Counted from the stretch's first letter, positions 1-9,802 are shown. The stretch is 64,000 nucleotides of DNA from Dehalococcoidia bacterium (GCA_045562555.1 JBJKVO010000001.1:66064-130063); one strand, 5' to 3'. Notes: generated by a model not told the origin, from the sequence alone. Program-made: numbers and translations.

Positions 1-440
1 TAGGAGAAAACCCATATTCAGCGGATGCCCGAGGCATTAATGTTAAATTCATAAAGTATTTCTACGGTACTCTTGGAGGGGCAATCGTTGGAATGGCAGG
101 AGCTTCATTCTCGCTACATTCGATATATGGATGGTCAAACGGACATACTTTAAATTATGGCTGGATTTGTTTGGCTATCGTGATATTTGGTGGATGGAAT
201 CCTGTTCGAGGAGCTATAGGAGCATATGCTTTTGGTGGATTGCAAATCATGGCTTTGAAGTTACAAGGTGTGATATTCGGATTATCTCAGGTGCTTCCTT
301 TGATTCCATTCCCACTGATGATAATGTCTCTAATATTGATACAATATAGCCAAGACAAGCAATTTATACCTAATAGGGTTAGAAGTATATTGTTTGGTAA
401 TCAACCAGAACATTTAGGCAACACATTCAAAAGAAGGTAA
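1..440 (+). CDS. ABC transporter permease, C-terminal fragment (nucleoside/simple-sugar BMP-type); 5' end lies outside the window
   Basis: The frame is open from base 3 (GENPYSADARGINVKF...) to the stop at 438-440. The sequence is TM-rich (GWNPVRGAIGAYAFGGLQIMALKLQ), typical of COG1079-like permeases. hpt starts 5 nt downstream. Confidence 0.55.
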   Translation, partial: GENPYSADARGINVKFIKYFYGTLGGAIVGMAGASFSLHSIYGWSNGHTLNYGWICLAIVIFGGWNPVRGAIGAYAFGGLQIMALKLQGVIFGLSQVLPLIPFPLMIMSLILIQYSQDKQFIPNRVRSILFGNQPEHLGNTFKRR

Positions 441-445
441 GTTTT

Positions 446-1000
446 ATGAAGGATGTCCTGAGTCCTATAACTGAATTATGGGGAGAACAAGATATAGATA
501 AAGCAATTAAAAGAATTGCTAGGGAAGTTGATGATACTTATTCACAGAATACGGTGGTTAATCTCATACCCGTATTGACAGGAGCTCTTCTGTTTTCTGC
601 TAAGCTGATTATTGAATTAGAAATCTTATCACCTGGTAAATGGAAAGTTATCCCAATAATGTCTAGCTCTTATTTCAACACTTATGAATCTGCAGAACCC
701 GATATCATAATGGTTAGAGATTTTGAAAAACGATTGGATATCGAATCACCATGCTTAGTAATCGATGATATTCTGGACTCAGGATTAACCATCTACAGAA
801 TTAAAGAGTTATTAGAAGGCCTTACAGGACAAAATTCGAGTGTAGCGGTTTTAGTTGATAAAACGATCCATAGGAAGGTGTCGTTAAGCCCCGAGTTTTA
901 CGGATTTGGTTTAGATGATGACCTGTGGCTTGTAGGTTATGGTATGGATGATAAAGGCCTGTTCAGAGGGTTGAATTTTGTGGGATATGTTCAAGGTTAA
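446..1000 (+). CDS. hpt: hypoxanthine(-guanine) phosphoribosyltransferase
   Basis: The length is 184 aa. It has the PRPP-binding motif CLVIDDILDSGLTI and a C-terminal LVGYGMD motif, both typical of Hpt. Confidence 0.8.
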   Translation: MKDVLSPITELWGEQDIDKAIKRIAREVDDTYSQNTVVNLIPVLTGALLFSAKLIIELEILSPGKWKVIPIMSSSYFNTYESAEPDIIMVRDFEKRLDIESPCLVIDDILDSGLTIYRIKELLEGLTGQNSSVAVLVDKTIHRKVSLSPEFYGFGLDDDLWLVGYGMDDKGLFRGLNFVGYVQG

Positions 1001-1001
1001 T

Positions 1002-2045
1002 TCAAATTTTTATAAATTGGCCTTTCTCTGATAATTCCGTAATATTTTGACAATTAAGGTATGTGCATGAAGATCTTAGTCCTCCCAACATCTGTCTAAT
1101 GGTGTTATCTACAGGGCCTTTATTTTCCACAAGTTTAGATATTCCTTCTGCTGTTCTATATTCTGCTATACCATCATAGTGAGTGTTCATAGCTTCTTCT
1201 GAGCTCATGCCATAATATAGCCTGTATTCTTTTCCATTTTCTGTCACTGTAGGTGCTCCTCCTTCAGAATGGCCTGAGAGAATACCGCCGACCATTATAA
1301 AGTCTGAGCCCGCTACAAAAGCTTTGCCTAGGTCTCCTGATGCATTAATGCCACCATCAGATATTAGCAATACATTATTGGTTTTGGCTGATTGGGCACA
1401 GTCTAATATAGCCGACAATTGAGGATAACCAACTCCAGTTTCAATTGAAGTTGTGCACACGGATCCAGAACCGATGCCTAGTTTTACTCCATCGACTCCT
1501 GCGTTGCCTAATAGCTCTACCCCTTCTGGAGTTACAACGTTGCCAGCAAATATGCCTACATCAGGGATTAAGCTTTTGAGATCTGAAATGAGGGATGCAA
1601 AGTGATCTATGTACCCATTGGGAACGTCAAGGACTATTATTTTCGCTTTGTGTCCAGTGCTATCATAAATGTGGTTGAGATAGTCAGATATGTAATTTTT
1701 ATTGTCTAACCCAAATGTAGGAAAGGCATATTGCATGTTTAAACCTAGGTCTATTTGATTGATCCAGTCTTCTGCTGACACGAATTTGCTGACAGCTGTA
1801 CATATTTCAAATCTTTGTAAGCTTGACGCCATTTCTAAAGTGCCTATGTAATCCATGTTGGAGGCAATTATTGGAGTCCCTTGCCATACGACACCTGTTT
1901 TCAATATGAATTTAGTTGTGAGGCTGACAGATTTCCTAGAATTGATTTTTGAAAATTGAGGTACCAGGTATACGTCATTGAATCCTAGTTTGCGCTCATC
2001 AGATACGAATTTATTTTGTTTATTGGTCATAATTTTAGATTTCAC
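1002..2045 (-). CDS. guaC: GMP reductase (IMPDH/GMPR family without a CBS insert)
   Basis: The length is 347 aa. It has IASNMD and the catalytic loop GIGSGSVCTTSIETGVGYPQLSAI. The length and absence of CBS domains fit GuaC rather than IMPDH. Confidence 0.75.
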   Translation of the reverse strand: MKSKIMTNKQNKFVSDERKLGFNDVYLVPQFSKINSRKSVSLTTKFILKTGVVWQGTPIIASNMDYIGTLEMASSLQRFEICTAVSKFVSAEDWINQIDLGLNMQYAFPTFGLDNKNYISDYLNHIYDSTGHKAKIIVLDVPNGYIDHFASLISDLKSLIPDVGIFAGNVVTPEGVELLGNAGVDGVKLGIGSGSVCTTSIETGVGYPQLSAILDCAQSAKTNNVLLISDGGINASGDLGKAFVAGSDFIMVGGILSGHSEGGAPTVTENGKEYRLYYGMSSEEAMNTHYDGIAEYRTAEGISKLVENKGPVDNTIRQMLGGLRSSCTYLNCQNITELSEKGQFIKI

Positions 2046-2179
2046 CTCTCAAACTAAATGATTTTACTCTATTAAATATTCTCTTTTCAATAAATTCTAA
2101 TAAATAAGAGTTGAATCGAATCTGTAATTAAGGTTTAATAAGAGTACACAGTGTAGATTTTGTTTTAAGAGAGGATGTT

Positions 2180-4495
2180 ATGGTAGGTTATAAACCTAAT
2201 GTAGTTTTATCTAATATTGAATTTGATGTAGTAGGTACGAGGCCAGTTAGGCATGATGGTCCCGATAAAGTAATGGGAAGAGCAAGATATGCTGCTGATA
2301 TACATTTGCCTGGTACTCTTGTAGGGAAAGTCCTTAGGAGCCCCCATGGACATGCTAGGATCAAAGGAATAGATGCTTCTAAAGCGAGAGCTTTAGAAGG
2401 GGTTAAAGCGATTGTAACTGCTGATGATTTTCCAGATGTTTCGGCTGCAGTAACCGATCAATCGGAAGGCTCTACAGTTAATTACGGATTTTATAGCCGT
2501 AACACAATAGCCCGAGAGAAAGCTTTGTATAAAGGACATGCCGTTGCTGCAGTAGCAGCGGTTACCGCAGAAATTGCGGATCAGGCTTTGGAACTTATAG
2601 AAGTGGATTATGAAGTTTTGCAGCCGGTATTTACCGCTGAAGCGGCGATGGAAAAAGGAGCACCAGTACTTCATGAAAGATTAGTGACATTAAGTAGTCC
2701 AGCCCAGAGAGCAGGTGGATATTCGTCTGGAGATTCCGGAGATGGCACTAATGTATCTAATCGCTTTGAATTTACTATGGGTGATGTGGATGCTGCTTTT
2801 AAAGAGTCTGACTTCATTGTGGAGCAAGAATACAGAACCAAACAAGTTCACCAAGGGTATATAGAACCTCATTCTGCAACAGCGCAATGGAATGTAGACG
2901 GTACTGTAACCATTTGGTGTAGTAGTCAGGGTCATTTCTCCCTGAGAGATCATACATCTAGAGTACTCGGAGTACCTGTATCCAAGATTAAAATCATTCC
3001 TATGGAAATAGGAGGAGGTTTTGGAGGTAAAGGTCAAAGTGGCATGTATTTGGAGCCGGTTGTAGTTGCTTTGTCTAGACAAGCCGGATTACCAGTCAAG
3101 ATATCAATGACCAGAAAAGAAGTTTTTGAAGGAACAGGTCCTACTTCTGGAACAATAATTAAAGTAAAAATGGGAGCAACAAAAACCGGTGAAATGCTTG
3201 CTGCTCAGGCACACCTTATATACGAAGCTGGGGCATTTCCAGGTTCTCCTGTGCCATCAGGTTGCCGTACGATGTTTGCACCCTATCAAATTTCTAATGC
3301 TTACATCGAAGGGATAGATGTATGTATCAATGTACAAAAATCCGCAGCATATCGAGCTCCTGGTTCCCCAGCGGCCTGTTTTGCTGCCGAACAGGTTATT
3401 GATTTGTTGGCAATAGAAATAGGAATGGACCCCCTGGAATTCAGATTGAAAAATGCTGCTAAAGAAGGATCTAGGCAGCCAACTGGACCTATTTATAGGA
3501 AAATAGGATTGATTGAATGTCTAAATGCAGCCCAGCAACATGATCATTGGAATACTCCTCTGACATCTCCAAATCAAGGCAGAGGTGTTGCTGTTGGGGC
3601 TTGGTTTAATAATTCTGGTCCGGCTAGCGCAGTAGCTAGCGTTAATCCTGACGGTACTATAGGTTTAGTCGAAGGAGCTCCAGATATCGGAGGTAGTCGC
3701 ACAGCTATGGCCATGCATGTAGCCGAAGTCTTAGGTTTGCCTGTAGAGGATGTTAACCCGAGTGTTGCTGACACTGATTCTATTGGGTACAGTTCTGGGG
3801 CCGGTGGTAGCGGAGTAACATTCAAAATGGGTACAGCCTGTTATTTAGCCGCTGAAGACGTCAAGCAACAATTGATTGAGAGAGCTGCTAAGATTTGGGA
3901 AGTGGACGCAGAAGACGTTGAGTATGTTAAATCTGAATTGCATCATAAGTCTGACCCTGAATTGAAAATGACGTTCACTGAACTAGCTAGGAGACTCAAT
4001 GGTACAGGCGGACCTATAGTAGGAAGAGGGACTGCCAATCCTGGTCAAGTCGGAAATGCTTTCTGCGTAAATATTGTTGACGTAGAAGTAGATCCGGATA
4101 CAGGTAAGACAGATATTTTGAGATTTACGGCCATCCAAGATGTGGGTAAAGCTATACATCCTAGTTACGTAGAAGGACAGATTCAAGGTGCCTCTGTTCA
4201 AGGGATTGGATGGGCTTTAAATGAGGAATACTTTTATGGTGATCAAGGCCAGATGTTGAATGCTAGCTTCTTGGATTATAGAATGCCTACAAGTTTAGAT
4301 TTGCCTATGATAGATACGGTTATAGTAGAGGTCGAAAATCCAGGTCATCCAATGGGTGTAAGAGGTGTAGGAGAAGTTAGCTTAGTACCTCCTATGGCTG
4401 CTGTTGCTAATGCGATTGCAGACGCTGTTGACATTAGACCGAATCAATTACCCATGAACCCTAATGTCGTCTTGACTTCGATTCTAGAAAAATAA
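2180..4495 (+). CDS. xanthine dehydrogenase/aldehyde oxidase family molybdopterin-binding large subunit (CoxL-like, non-CODH motif)
   Basis: The length is 771 aa. Motifs seen are VGTRPVRHDG, VHQGYIEPH, MEIGGGFGGK, AAYRAPGSP, DIGGSRT, DTDSIGY and HPMGVRGVGEV. An RBS (GAGAGGA) lies upstream. No adjacent FeS or FAD subunit gene is present. Confidence 0.8.
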   Translation: MVGYKPNVVLSNIEFDVVGTRPVRHDGPDKVMGRARYAADIHLPGTLVGKVLRSPHGHARIKGIDASKARALEGVKAIVTADDFPDVSAAVTDQSEGSTVNYGFYSRNTIAREKALYKGHAVAAVAAVTAEIADQALELIEVDYEVLQPVFTAEAAMEKGAPVLHERLVTLSSPAQRAGGYSSGDSGDGTNVSNRFEFTMGDVDAAFKESDFIVEQEYRTKQVHQGYIEPHSATAQWNVDGTVTIWCSSQGHFSLRDHTSRVLGVPVSKIKIIPMEIGGGFGGKGQSGMYLEPVVVALSRQAGLPVKISMTRKEVFEGTGPTSGTIIKVKMGATKTGEMLAAQAHLIYEAGAFPGSPVPSGCRTMFAPYQISNAYIEGIDVCINVQKSAAYRAPGSPAACFAAEQVIDLLAIEIGMDPLEFRLKNAAKEGSRQPTGPIYRKIGLIECLNAAQQHDHWNTPLTSPNQGRGVAVGAWFNNSGPASAVASVNPDGTIGLVEGAPDIGGSRTAMAMHVAEVLGLPVEDVNPSVADTDSIGYSSGAGGSGVTFKMGTACYLAAEDVKQQLIERAAKIWEVDAEDVEYVKSELHHKSDPELKMTFTELARRLNGTGGPIVGRGTANPGQVGNAFCVNIVDVEVDPDTGKTDILRFTAIQDVGKAIHPSYVEGQIQGASVQGIGWALNEEYFYGDQGQMLNASFLDYRMPTSLDLPMIDTVIVEVENPGHPMGVRGVGEVSLVPPMAAVANAIADAVDIRPNQLPMNPNVVLTSILEK

Positions 4496-4503
4496 ACTAG
4501 TTA

Positions 4504-4543
4504 ATATGCAGAGTCCAATTTAAAATGTTTGGACTCTGCATAT
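4504..4543. terminator. bidirectional hairpin terminator between convergent genes
   Basis: A perfect 15-bp stem is formed by atatgcagagtccaa (4504-4518) and ttggactctgcatat (4529-4543), with a 10-nt loop. It sits between the stop at 4495 (+) and the stop at 4552 (-). Confidence 0.75.
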
Positions 4544-4551
4544 CTATATGT

Positions 4552-6252
4552 TCAACTTCTATCGATCAGATGGTCCATCCCATCGTTGGTCATGTTGTCT
4601 AGGAAGACTCGTTTCTTGGGCTGTCGTGAATTCGCAAATTCAGATATGGCTTCATCCGCATATAAGATATGGATGGTGTCGTATGTATTTTTTAAGATTT
4701 GGCTATGACGGTCTAAGGGATAACTATTAAGAATATAATTTGCTATTGTACGTATACTATCGACCCCATTTATGTGACTTAATATTTCTTTGACCAGTTG
4801 ACTACAAGGTATTCCTTCGGGGTTGGTATTAGTTATAAGAGTGTCGGATTTTATGAATTCTCCTTGACCCAGAATGTATTGATTAGTGACTTTAACTGAA
4901 GGATTTAGTTTGGGTATTAATCCCCAAAAATCTTTAAGAGTTTCTGGTTTGCTGGGGTCCAGTTTGGATAAAAATGATGTCCGGTCTATCCTAGACTGCT
5001 CTACCCATTGAACGCTGTCAGTAAAACTTTGAGGCATTAGTCCTTTTGTTAAAACAGCTCTCTCGTAACCATGAGGGGGTTGCCCCGCGACAGCTCTTAT
5101 AAAAGCATGGCGTGAGGTATAGTTATTGAATTCAGGTAGAATTTTCCGAGCTTCCCAAAAATATGAATCATTAATTAAATTACTTGAGTAGAAAAGTTTC
5201 GCCATTTCTCTAAAATGATTGTATTCCTTGAAATAGAGTTGCTGGTAGCTACTACCTACTTGTTCGTAATCAAAAGGATGCTTTGCTATGGTTTTCACGT
5301 ATGAGGATGCTAGTACCGCTCCCATCATCGCCATATGTACTCCAGATGAAAACAGAGGATCTATAAAGCATGCAGCGTCACCTACCTGCACGTAATTTGG
5401 TCCGTAAAGCTTAGAGCATTTGTAGGACCAGTCTTTTGTAACTTTAGGTGTGCCTGTGATTTGAGAACCAGACAGCATTTTCTTAACTTTATCCGATTTA
5501 TTCAGTTCAGATAAGTAAAACTGCGTCACGCCTATATCTGCTAGTTTATGTTGGATGGCATGACTGTCTACTACTATTCCTACACTAGCTAGCTTCTCTG
5601 ATAACGGAATTACCCATATCCAACCACCCTCATATGACTCTATAAATATATTGTTCGTATCAGGTTCTGGTAAAAGCTGGATGTCTGAATAGTAGGCATA
5701 TACAGATAAATTTTGGAAGGAGGTATCCCATTCACGAGTTTGCAGGTCTTGGCCTAACAGGCAGTGTTGCCCACTAGCATCTATCAAATATTCGACATTA
5801 ATAGATTCTTTTTGTGAATCTTTCTCAATTTCAATATTTGACACTGAGCCTTCAGTAAAATTAACGAGATTTACATTTGTGCTTTCGTATACATTAACTC
5901 CATGTAGTTTTGCGTTATCAAGTAATATCTTATCGAATATTGGTCTAGATACTTGATAGGAGTGCGGATATGTTTTGTTGGTTTCAGCAAAGTACCAGCT
6001 CCAAGGCTCTTTGTCTGAACCCCATACCATAGTCGCGCCATATTTTTTTAGGAATCCTGCATCTTCTACTTGTTTGGAAACACCTAATTCTTCAAGGATA
6101 GGCAAACTGGCAGGTAATAATGATTCCCCAATATGATCTCGAGGGAATTTCTCACGTTCAAATAAATCGACAGAGTATCCTTGCTTGGTTAACATTGTAG
6201 CGGCGGTTGAACCAGCAGGTCCTCCTCCAATAATGGTTATTTTATTACTCAT
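4552..6252 (-). CDS. flavin-dependent halogenase homologue (PltA/CmlS-like FAD enzyme)
   Basis: The length is 566 aa. Motifs are GGGPAG (res 9-14), HIGESLLP, the Lys pair in FLKKYGAT (K69/K70), W211-I-W-V-I-P216 (the WxWxIP hallmark, encoded at 5605-5622) and FIDPLFSSGVHMA. Confidence 0.65.
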   Translation of the reverse strand: MSNKITIIGGGPAGSTAATMLTKQGYSVDLFEREKFPRDHIGESLLPASLPILEELGVSKQVEDAGFLKKYGATMVWGSDKEPWSWYFAETNKTYPHSYQVSRPIFDKILLDNAKLHGVNVYESTNVNLVNFTEGSVSNIEIEKDSQKESINVEYLIDASGQHCLLGQDLQTREWDTSFQNLSVYAYYSDIQLLPEPDTNNIFIESYEGGWIWVIPLSEKLASVGIVVDSHAIQHKLADIGVTQFYLSELNKSDKVKKMLSGSQITGTPKVTKDWSYKCSKLYGPNYVQVGDAACFIDPLFSSGVHMAMMGAVLASSYVKTIAKHPFDYEQVGSSYQQLYFKEYNHFREMAKLFYSSNLINDSYFWEARKILPEFNNYTSRHAFIRAVAGQPPHGYERAVLTKGLMPQSFTDSVQWVEQSRIDRTSFLSKLDPSKPETLKDFWGLIPKLNPSVKVTNQYILGQGEFIKSDTLITNTNPEGIPCSQLVKEILSHINGVDSIRTIANYILNSYPLDRHSQILKNTYDTIHILYADEAISEFANSRQPKKRVFLDNMTNDGMDHLIDRS

Positions 6253-6260
6253 TTTTTAGA

Positions 6261-6713
6261 TTACTCGAACTGCACTAATATACCATCAGGGTCATACACA
6301 AAGAACGTACGGATGAGACCGTTCGTATCTCTAAAGTCTGATTCGTTCCCAGCGAGTTTTACCCCGTTAGAAAGAAATTCTTTGATAGTCGCATCTAAGT
6401 CTTTGACCTTAAAAGACAGGTGGGTTATGCCAACTTGATCAAGTTTAATTGGGTTTTGGTCAATTTTGTCATCAGGATGGGAAGTTAATACGAGGAAAGG
6501 TATAGTGTCAGACTCACTCATATAGATATTAGCGACTGTTCTGTGGTTGTGGACAGATTGATACATGTGGTCTGATTGGGATCCAGGCCTATTTAGCATT
6601 TCTTGAGTTTGTTGCATTTTTACGTTAAACCCTAGCAAATCTCTATAGAATTCCAAAGATTTTTCCAAATTGTTCACGCATTTCGCGATGTGAGCTACGT
6701 GTGTTATTTCCAT
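6261..6713 (-). CDS. VOC (glyoxalase/bleomycin-resistance/dioxygenase) family protein
   Basis: The length is 150 aa. It has ITHVAHIAKCVNNLEKSLEFYRDLLGF and a second half-domain with GITHLSFKV, which is the paired beta-alpha-beta-beta-beta pattern. Confidence 0.6.
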   Translation of the reverse strand: MEITHVAHIAKCVNNLEKSLEFYRDLLGFNVKMQQTQEMLNRPGSQSDHMYQSVHNHRTVANIYMSESDTIPFLVLTSHPDDKIDQNPIKLDQVGITHLSFKVKDLDATIKEFLSNGVKLAGNESDFRDTNGLIRTFFVYDPDGILVQFE

Positions 6714-6730
6714 ATTCCCTCTCGCTATGT

Positions 6731-7636
6731 TCAGTTTTTATGTATGGTGTGCCCACCAAAATAGTTTCTCATAACAGCTAATAGTTTAGCTCCAAATGGG
6801 CTTGTTTGCCTTGAGCGAAACCTCTGTTGCAGTGATGCGGTTATCACTGGTAATGGTATACCTAAACGTATTGACTCGGTCACGGTCCATCTACCTTCGC
6901 CCGAATCTTCTACGTAAGGTTTAACGTCTGTTAACTTGCTGTCATCTTTTAACGATTGGTGGATTAGATCTAATAACCAGGACCTAATCACACTACCGTT
7001 TGACCAAATTTTGGATACTTCTTCCAAGTTATAGCTGTATTCATCTGAAGAATTTAAGAGTTCAAAACCTTCTGCGTAGGATTCCATTAGAGCATATTCG
7101 ACGCCGTTATGTACCATTTTTAAGTAATGTCCAGCTCCTGTATGTCCGACGTAGGCATATCCTGAACGTCCGTTGGCTGCTAAGGATTCAAAGACAGTAT
7201 CCATTTCGAGGAAAGCGCTTTTATCGCCACCTATCATTAAGCTATACCCTTCATTCAGTCCCCAAATTCCCCCACTAGTGCCTACATCAAGAAACCGGAT
7301 TTGTTTATCAAGGAGAACCTTTCCTAATTCAATGGTATCGGGATAATGGTTATTTCCACCATCGATAATTATGTCTTCTGGATCAACTAAATTGGATAGT
7401 GTTTTGATTGTAATTTGAGTAGTGAGACCATGGGGAACCATGACCCATATTTTTCGTGGTTTAGATAGTTTTGATACCAGATCTTCCAATGAAGAGCTAG
7501 ATATGGCACCTTGGAAAACATATTGATCCATGGTGGTTTGGTCTGTGTCATAGCAAAAAACTTGGTGGCCATGGCGCATCAATCTTGTTGCCATATTTCC
7601 GCCCATCTTGCCTAATCCTACCATTGCTATTTGCAT
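6731..7636 (-). CDS. gnd: 6-phosphogluconate dehydrogenase, decarboxylating, short (about 300 aa) form
   Basis: It has the N-terminal Rossmann motif MQIAMVGLGKMGGNMATRLMRHGHQV. The 301-aa length and GAGHYLKMVHNGVEYALM fit short-form Gnd. Confidence 0.75.
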   Translation of the reverse strand: MQIAMVGLGKMGGNMATRLMRHGHQVFCYDTDQTTMDQYVFQGAISSSSLEDLVSKLSKPRKIWVMVPHGLTTQITIKTLSNLVDPEDIIIDGGNNHYPDTIELGKVLLDKQIRFLDVGTSGGIWGLNEGYSLMIGGDKSAFLEMDTVFESLAANGRSGYAYVGHTGAGHYLKMVHNGVEYALMESYAEGFELLNSSDEYSYNLEEVSKIWSNGSVIRSWLLDLIHQSLKDDSKLTDVKPYVEDSGEGRWTVTESIRLGIPLPVITASLQQRFRSRQTSPFGAKLLAVMRNYFGGHTIHKN

Positions 7637-7667
7637 TCAACATTCCTTGAGTAAAAGTCTTTCGAAT

Positions 7668-9668
7668 TTATAGGTTGGATATGATGGTGTCGTAGATTTT
7701 TTTTGCTTCAAATCCAAAATGAGTAAACAATGTTTGACCAGGAGCGGATGCCCCAAATGTATCTATGCCTATACTGATACCATCCTTCCCGACGTATTTC
7801 GTCCACCCAAAGGTACTTGCTGCTTCTATTGATACTTTGAGACTAGATTCAGGTATCACTAAGTTTCGGTATTCTTCGGATTGTTGGTCGAATAATTCCC
7901 AGGAGGGCATTGATACGACATTGCACGAGATATCATTTGTTTTTAGTAATTCTCCGACTTCAACCCCTAAATGGACTTCGGAACCTGTAGCGATAATTGT
8001 GACTTTAGGTTCATTATCTGTAGATTTCAATAAGTAACCTCCTTTACAGGCATTACTAATGTCGCTATCAGTGCTATTTCCAAGATTTGGCAGAGATTGT
8101 CTGCTTAATATTAGAGCAGTTGGTCCAGTAGTGTGATTTATAGCTGTTTTCCAAGCGGCTACTGTTTCAATGGAGTCCGCGGGACGAATCACAGTCAAAT
8201 TCGGGATTGATCTTAATGCTGCCAAGTGCTCGATAGGCTGATGAGTTGGACCATCCTCCCCTACCCCAATAGAGTCATGAGTGAATACAAATATCACTTT
8301 TTGATTCATTAAAGCGGCAAGCCTAATACTTGGTTTCATATAATCAGAAAAAACTAAAAAAGTGGATGTGAATGGGATTAACCCTTTATGTAAAGCAATC
8401 CCATTTGCTATGGATCCCATGGCATGTTCACGCACACCGAAGTGGAAATTTCTCCCTGATCTGTTATCTGAATTATAATCTGTGTAATCGTTTAAATTGG
8501 TTTTTGTGGAGGGTGCTAAATCTGCAGACCCTCCAAGTAGGCCAGGGATATTTTTCGATATGTTGTTTATGACAATGCCTGAAGATTCTCTAGTAGCCAT
8601 GTTGGATGTTTCGCTATTGAAGAGCCTAGATAATTCAGAGTCCCAACCTTGTGGTAATTGACCCTGAATTTGTTCCATTAATTTTGAATATTCGTCTGGA
8701 TGTTGAACTTTATATGCTTCGACTTGGTCATTCCAGTCATTTTCGGATTTTATGCCTGTTTTAGTTATGTTAGCGAAATGTTGCTCGACTGCTTGTGGTA
8801 CGGTGAAAGGATTTTCGTATTCCCAATTCAATTCCTGTTTAGTTAGTATGACTTCATCGCTACCTAGTGGTTCTCCGTGTGCAGAAGCTTTCCCGGATTT
8901 ATTTGGACTGCCGCTACCAATCTGAGTTTTACAAATCACGAGAGATGGTTTAGTTGTCGATTTTTTAGCTTCGGTTATAGCTTTGTTAATTTCTTCAATG
9001 TTCGATCCGTCTATTGGACCAATGACTTGCCATCCGTAAGCAGAAAATCTATCAGCAACACTTTCAGTGAATGATAAATCTGTATTACCTTCTATAGAAA
9101 TATTATTACTATCATACAAGTATATTAATTTGTGGAGCTTTAGTGTACCCGCTAGGGATGCGGCTTCTGATGCTACCCCTTCTTGAAGGTCTCCATCAGA
9201 CACAATGCCATAAGTGTAATGATCTATTATATTATTTTCAGTCGTATTGAAATCTTGGGCTAGTTTAGTTTCTGCAATTGCCATGCCTACGCCATTGGCA
9301 AACCCTTGTCCTAGTGGTCCAGTAGTAACTTCTACCCCAGGTGTGACATCAAGCTCCGGATGTCCTGGAGTTTTGCTGCCTAGTTGCCGAAATTCCATTA
9401 AGTCTTCGATTCTTACTCCATAACCTGTGAGATGCAGGAGGCTATACAATAGTGCGGAAGCGTGACCTGGAGATAATATAAACCTGTCTCTATTTATCCA
9501 ACTAGGGTTTTCAGGATTATGTTTTAGGAAATCTTTCCATAACACATAAGCCATAGTAGCTGCCCCCATAGGTGCGCCAGGATGGCCTGACTTCGCTTTT
9601 TCAACAGAATCAACTGATAACAGTTTGATAGTGTTGATACTTAGCAGATCTAAATTTTGTTCAGTCAT
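7668..9668 (-). CDS. tkt: transketolase
   Basis: The length is 666 aa. Motifs are SGHPGAPMGAA, ILSPGHASALLYSLLHLTGY, GPLGQG, and THDSIGVGEDGPTHQPIEHLA. Confidence 0.9.
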   Translation of the reverse strand: MTEQNLDLLSINTIKLLSVDSVEKAKSGHPGAPMGAATMAYVLWKDFLKHNPENPSWINRDRFILSPGHASALLYSLLHLTGYGVRIEDLMEFRQLGSKTPGHPELDVTPGVEVTTGPLGQGFANGVGMAIAETKLAQDFNTTENNIIDHYTYGIVSDGDLQEGVASEAASLAGTLKLHKLIYLYDSNNISIEGNTDLSFTESVADRFSAYGWQVIGPIDGSNIEEINKAITEAKKSTTKPSLVICKTQIGSGSPNKSGKASAHGEPLGSDEVILTKQELNWEYENPFTVPQAVEQHFANITKTGIKSENDWNDQVEAYKVQHPDEYSKLMEQIQGQLPQGWDSELSRLFNSETSNMATRESSGIVINNISKNIPGLLGGSADLAPSTKTNLNDYTDYNSDNRSGRNFHFGVREHAMGSIANGIALHKGLIPFTSTFLVFSDYMKPSIRLAALMNQKVIFVFTHDSIGVGEDGPTHQPIEHLAALRSIPNLTVIRPADSIETVAAWKTAINHTTGPTALILSRQSLPNLGNSTDSDISNACKGGYLLKSTDNEPKVTIIATGSEVHLGVEVGELLKTNDISCNVVSMPSWELFDQQSEEYRNLVIPESSLKVSIEAASTFGWTKYVGKDGISIGIDTFGASAPGQTLFTHFGFEAKKIYDTIISNL

Positions 9669-9802
9669 TATTAATCCCCTACCATTAGTCTAAATCCTTC
9701 AAGAACACGGTGCTAATTATCAACGTATATCGTTTTCAAAACAAGTCTGATCCAGTATGATTATTTAATATCTTAGTACGATTATTAAAGAGAGTTAGTT
9801 GA

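Noticed and set aside
2180-4495. Carbon monoxide dehydrogenase large subunit (CoxL); this applies equally to 57940-60195
   Set aside because: The active-site loop reads AAYRAPG(S/A)P, not the form I CODH signature AYxCSFR. No coxM, coxS or accessory genes are adjacent. The call is kept at family level only.
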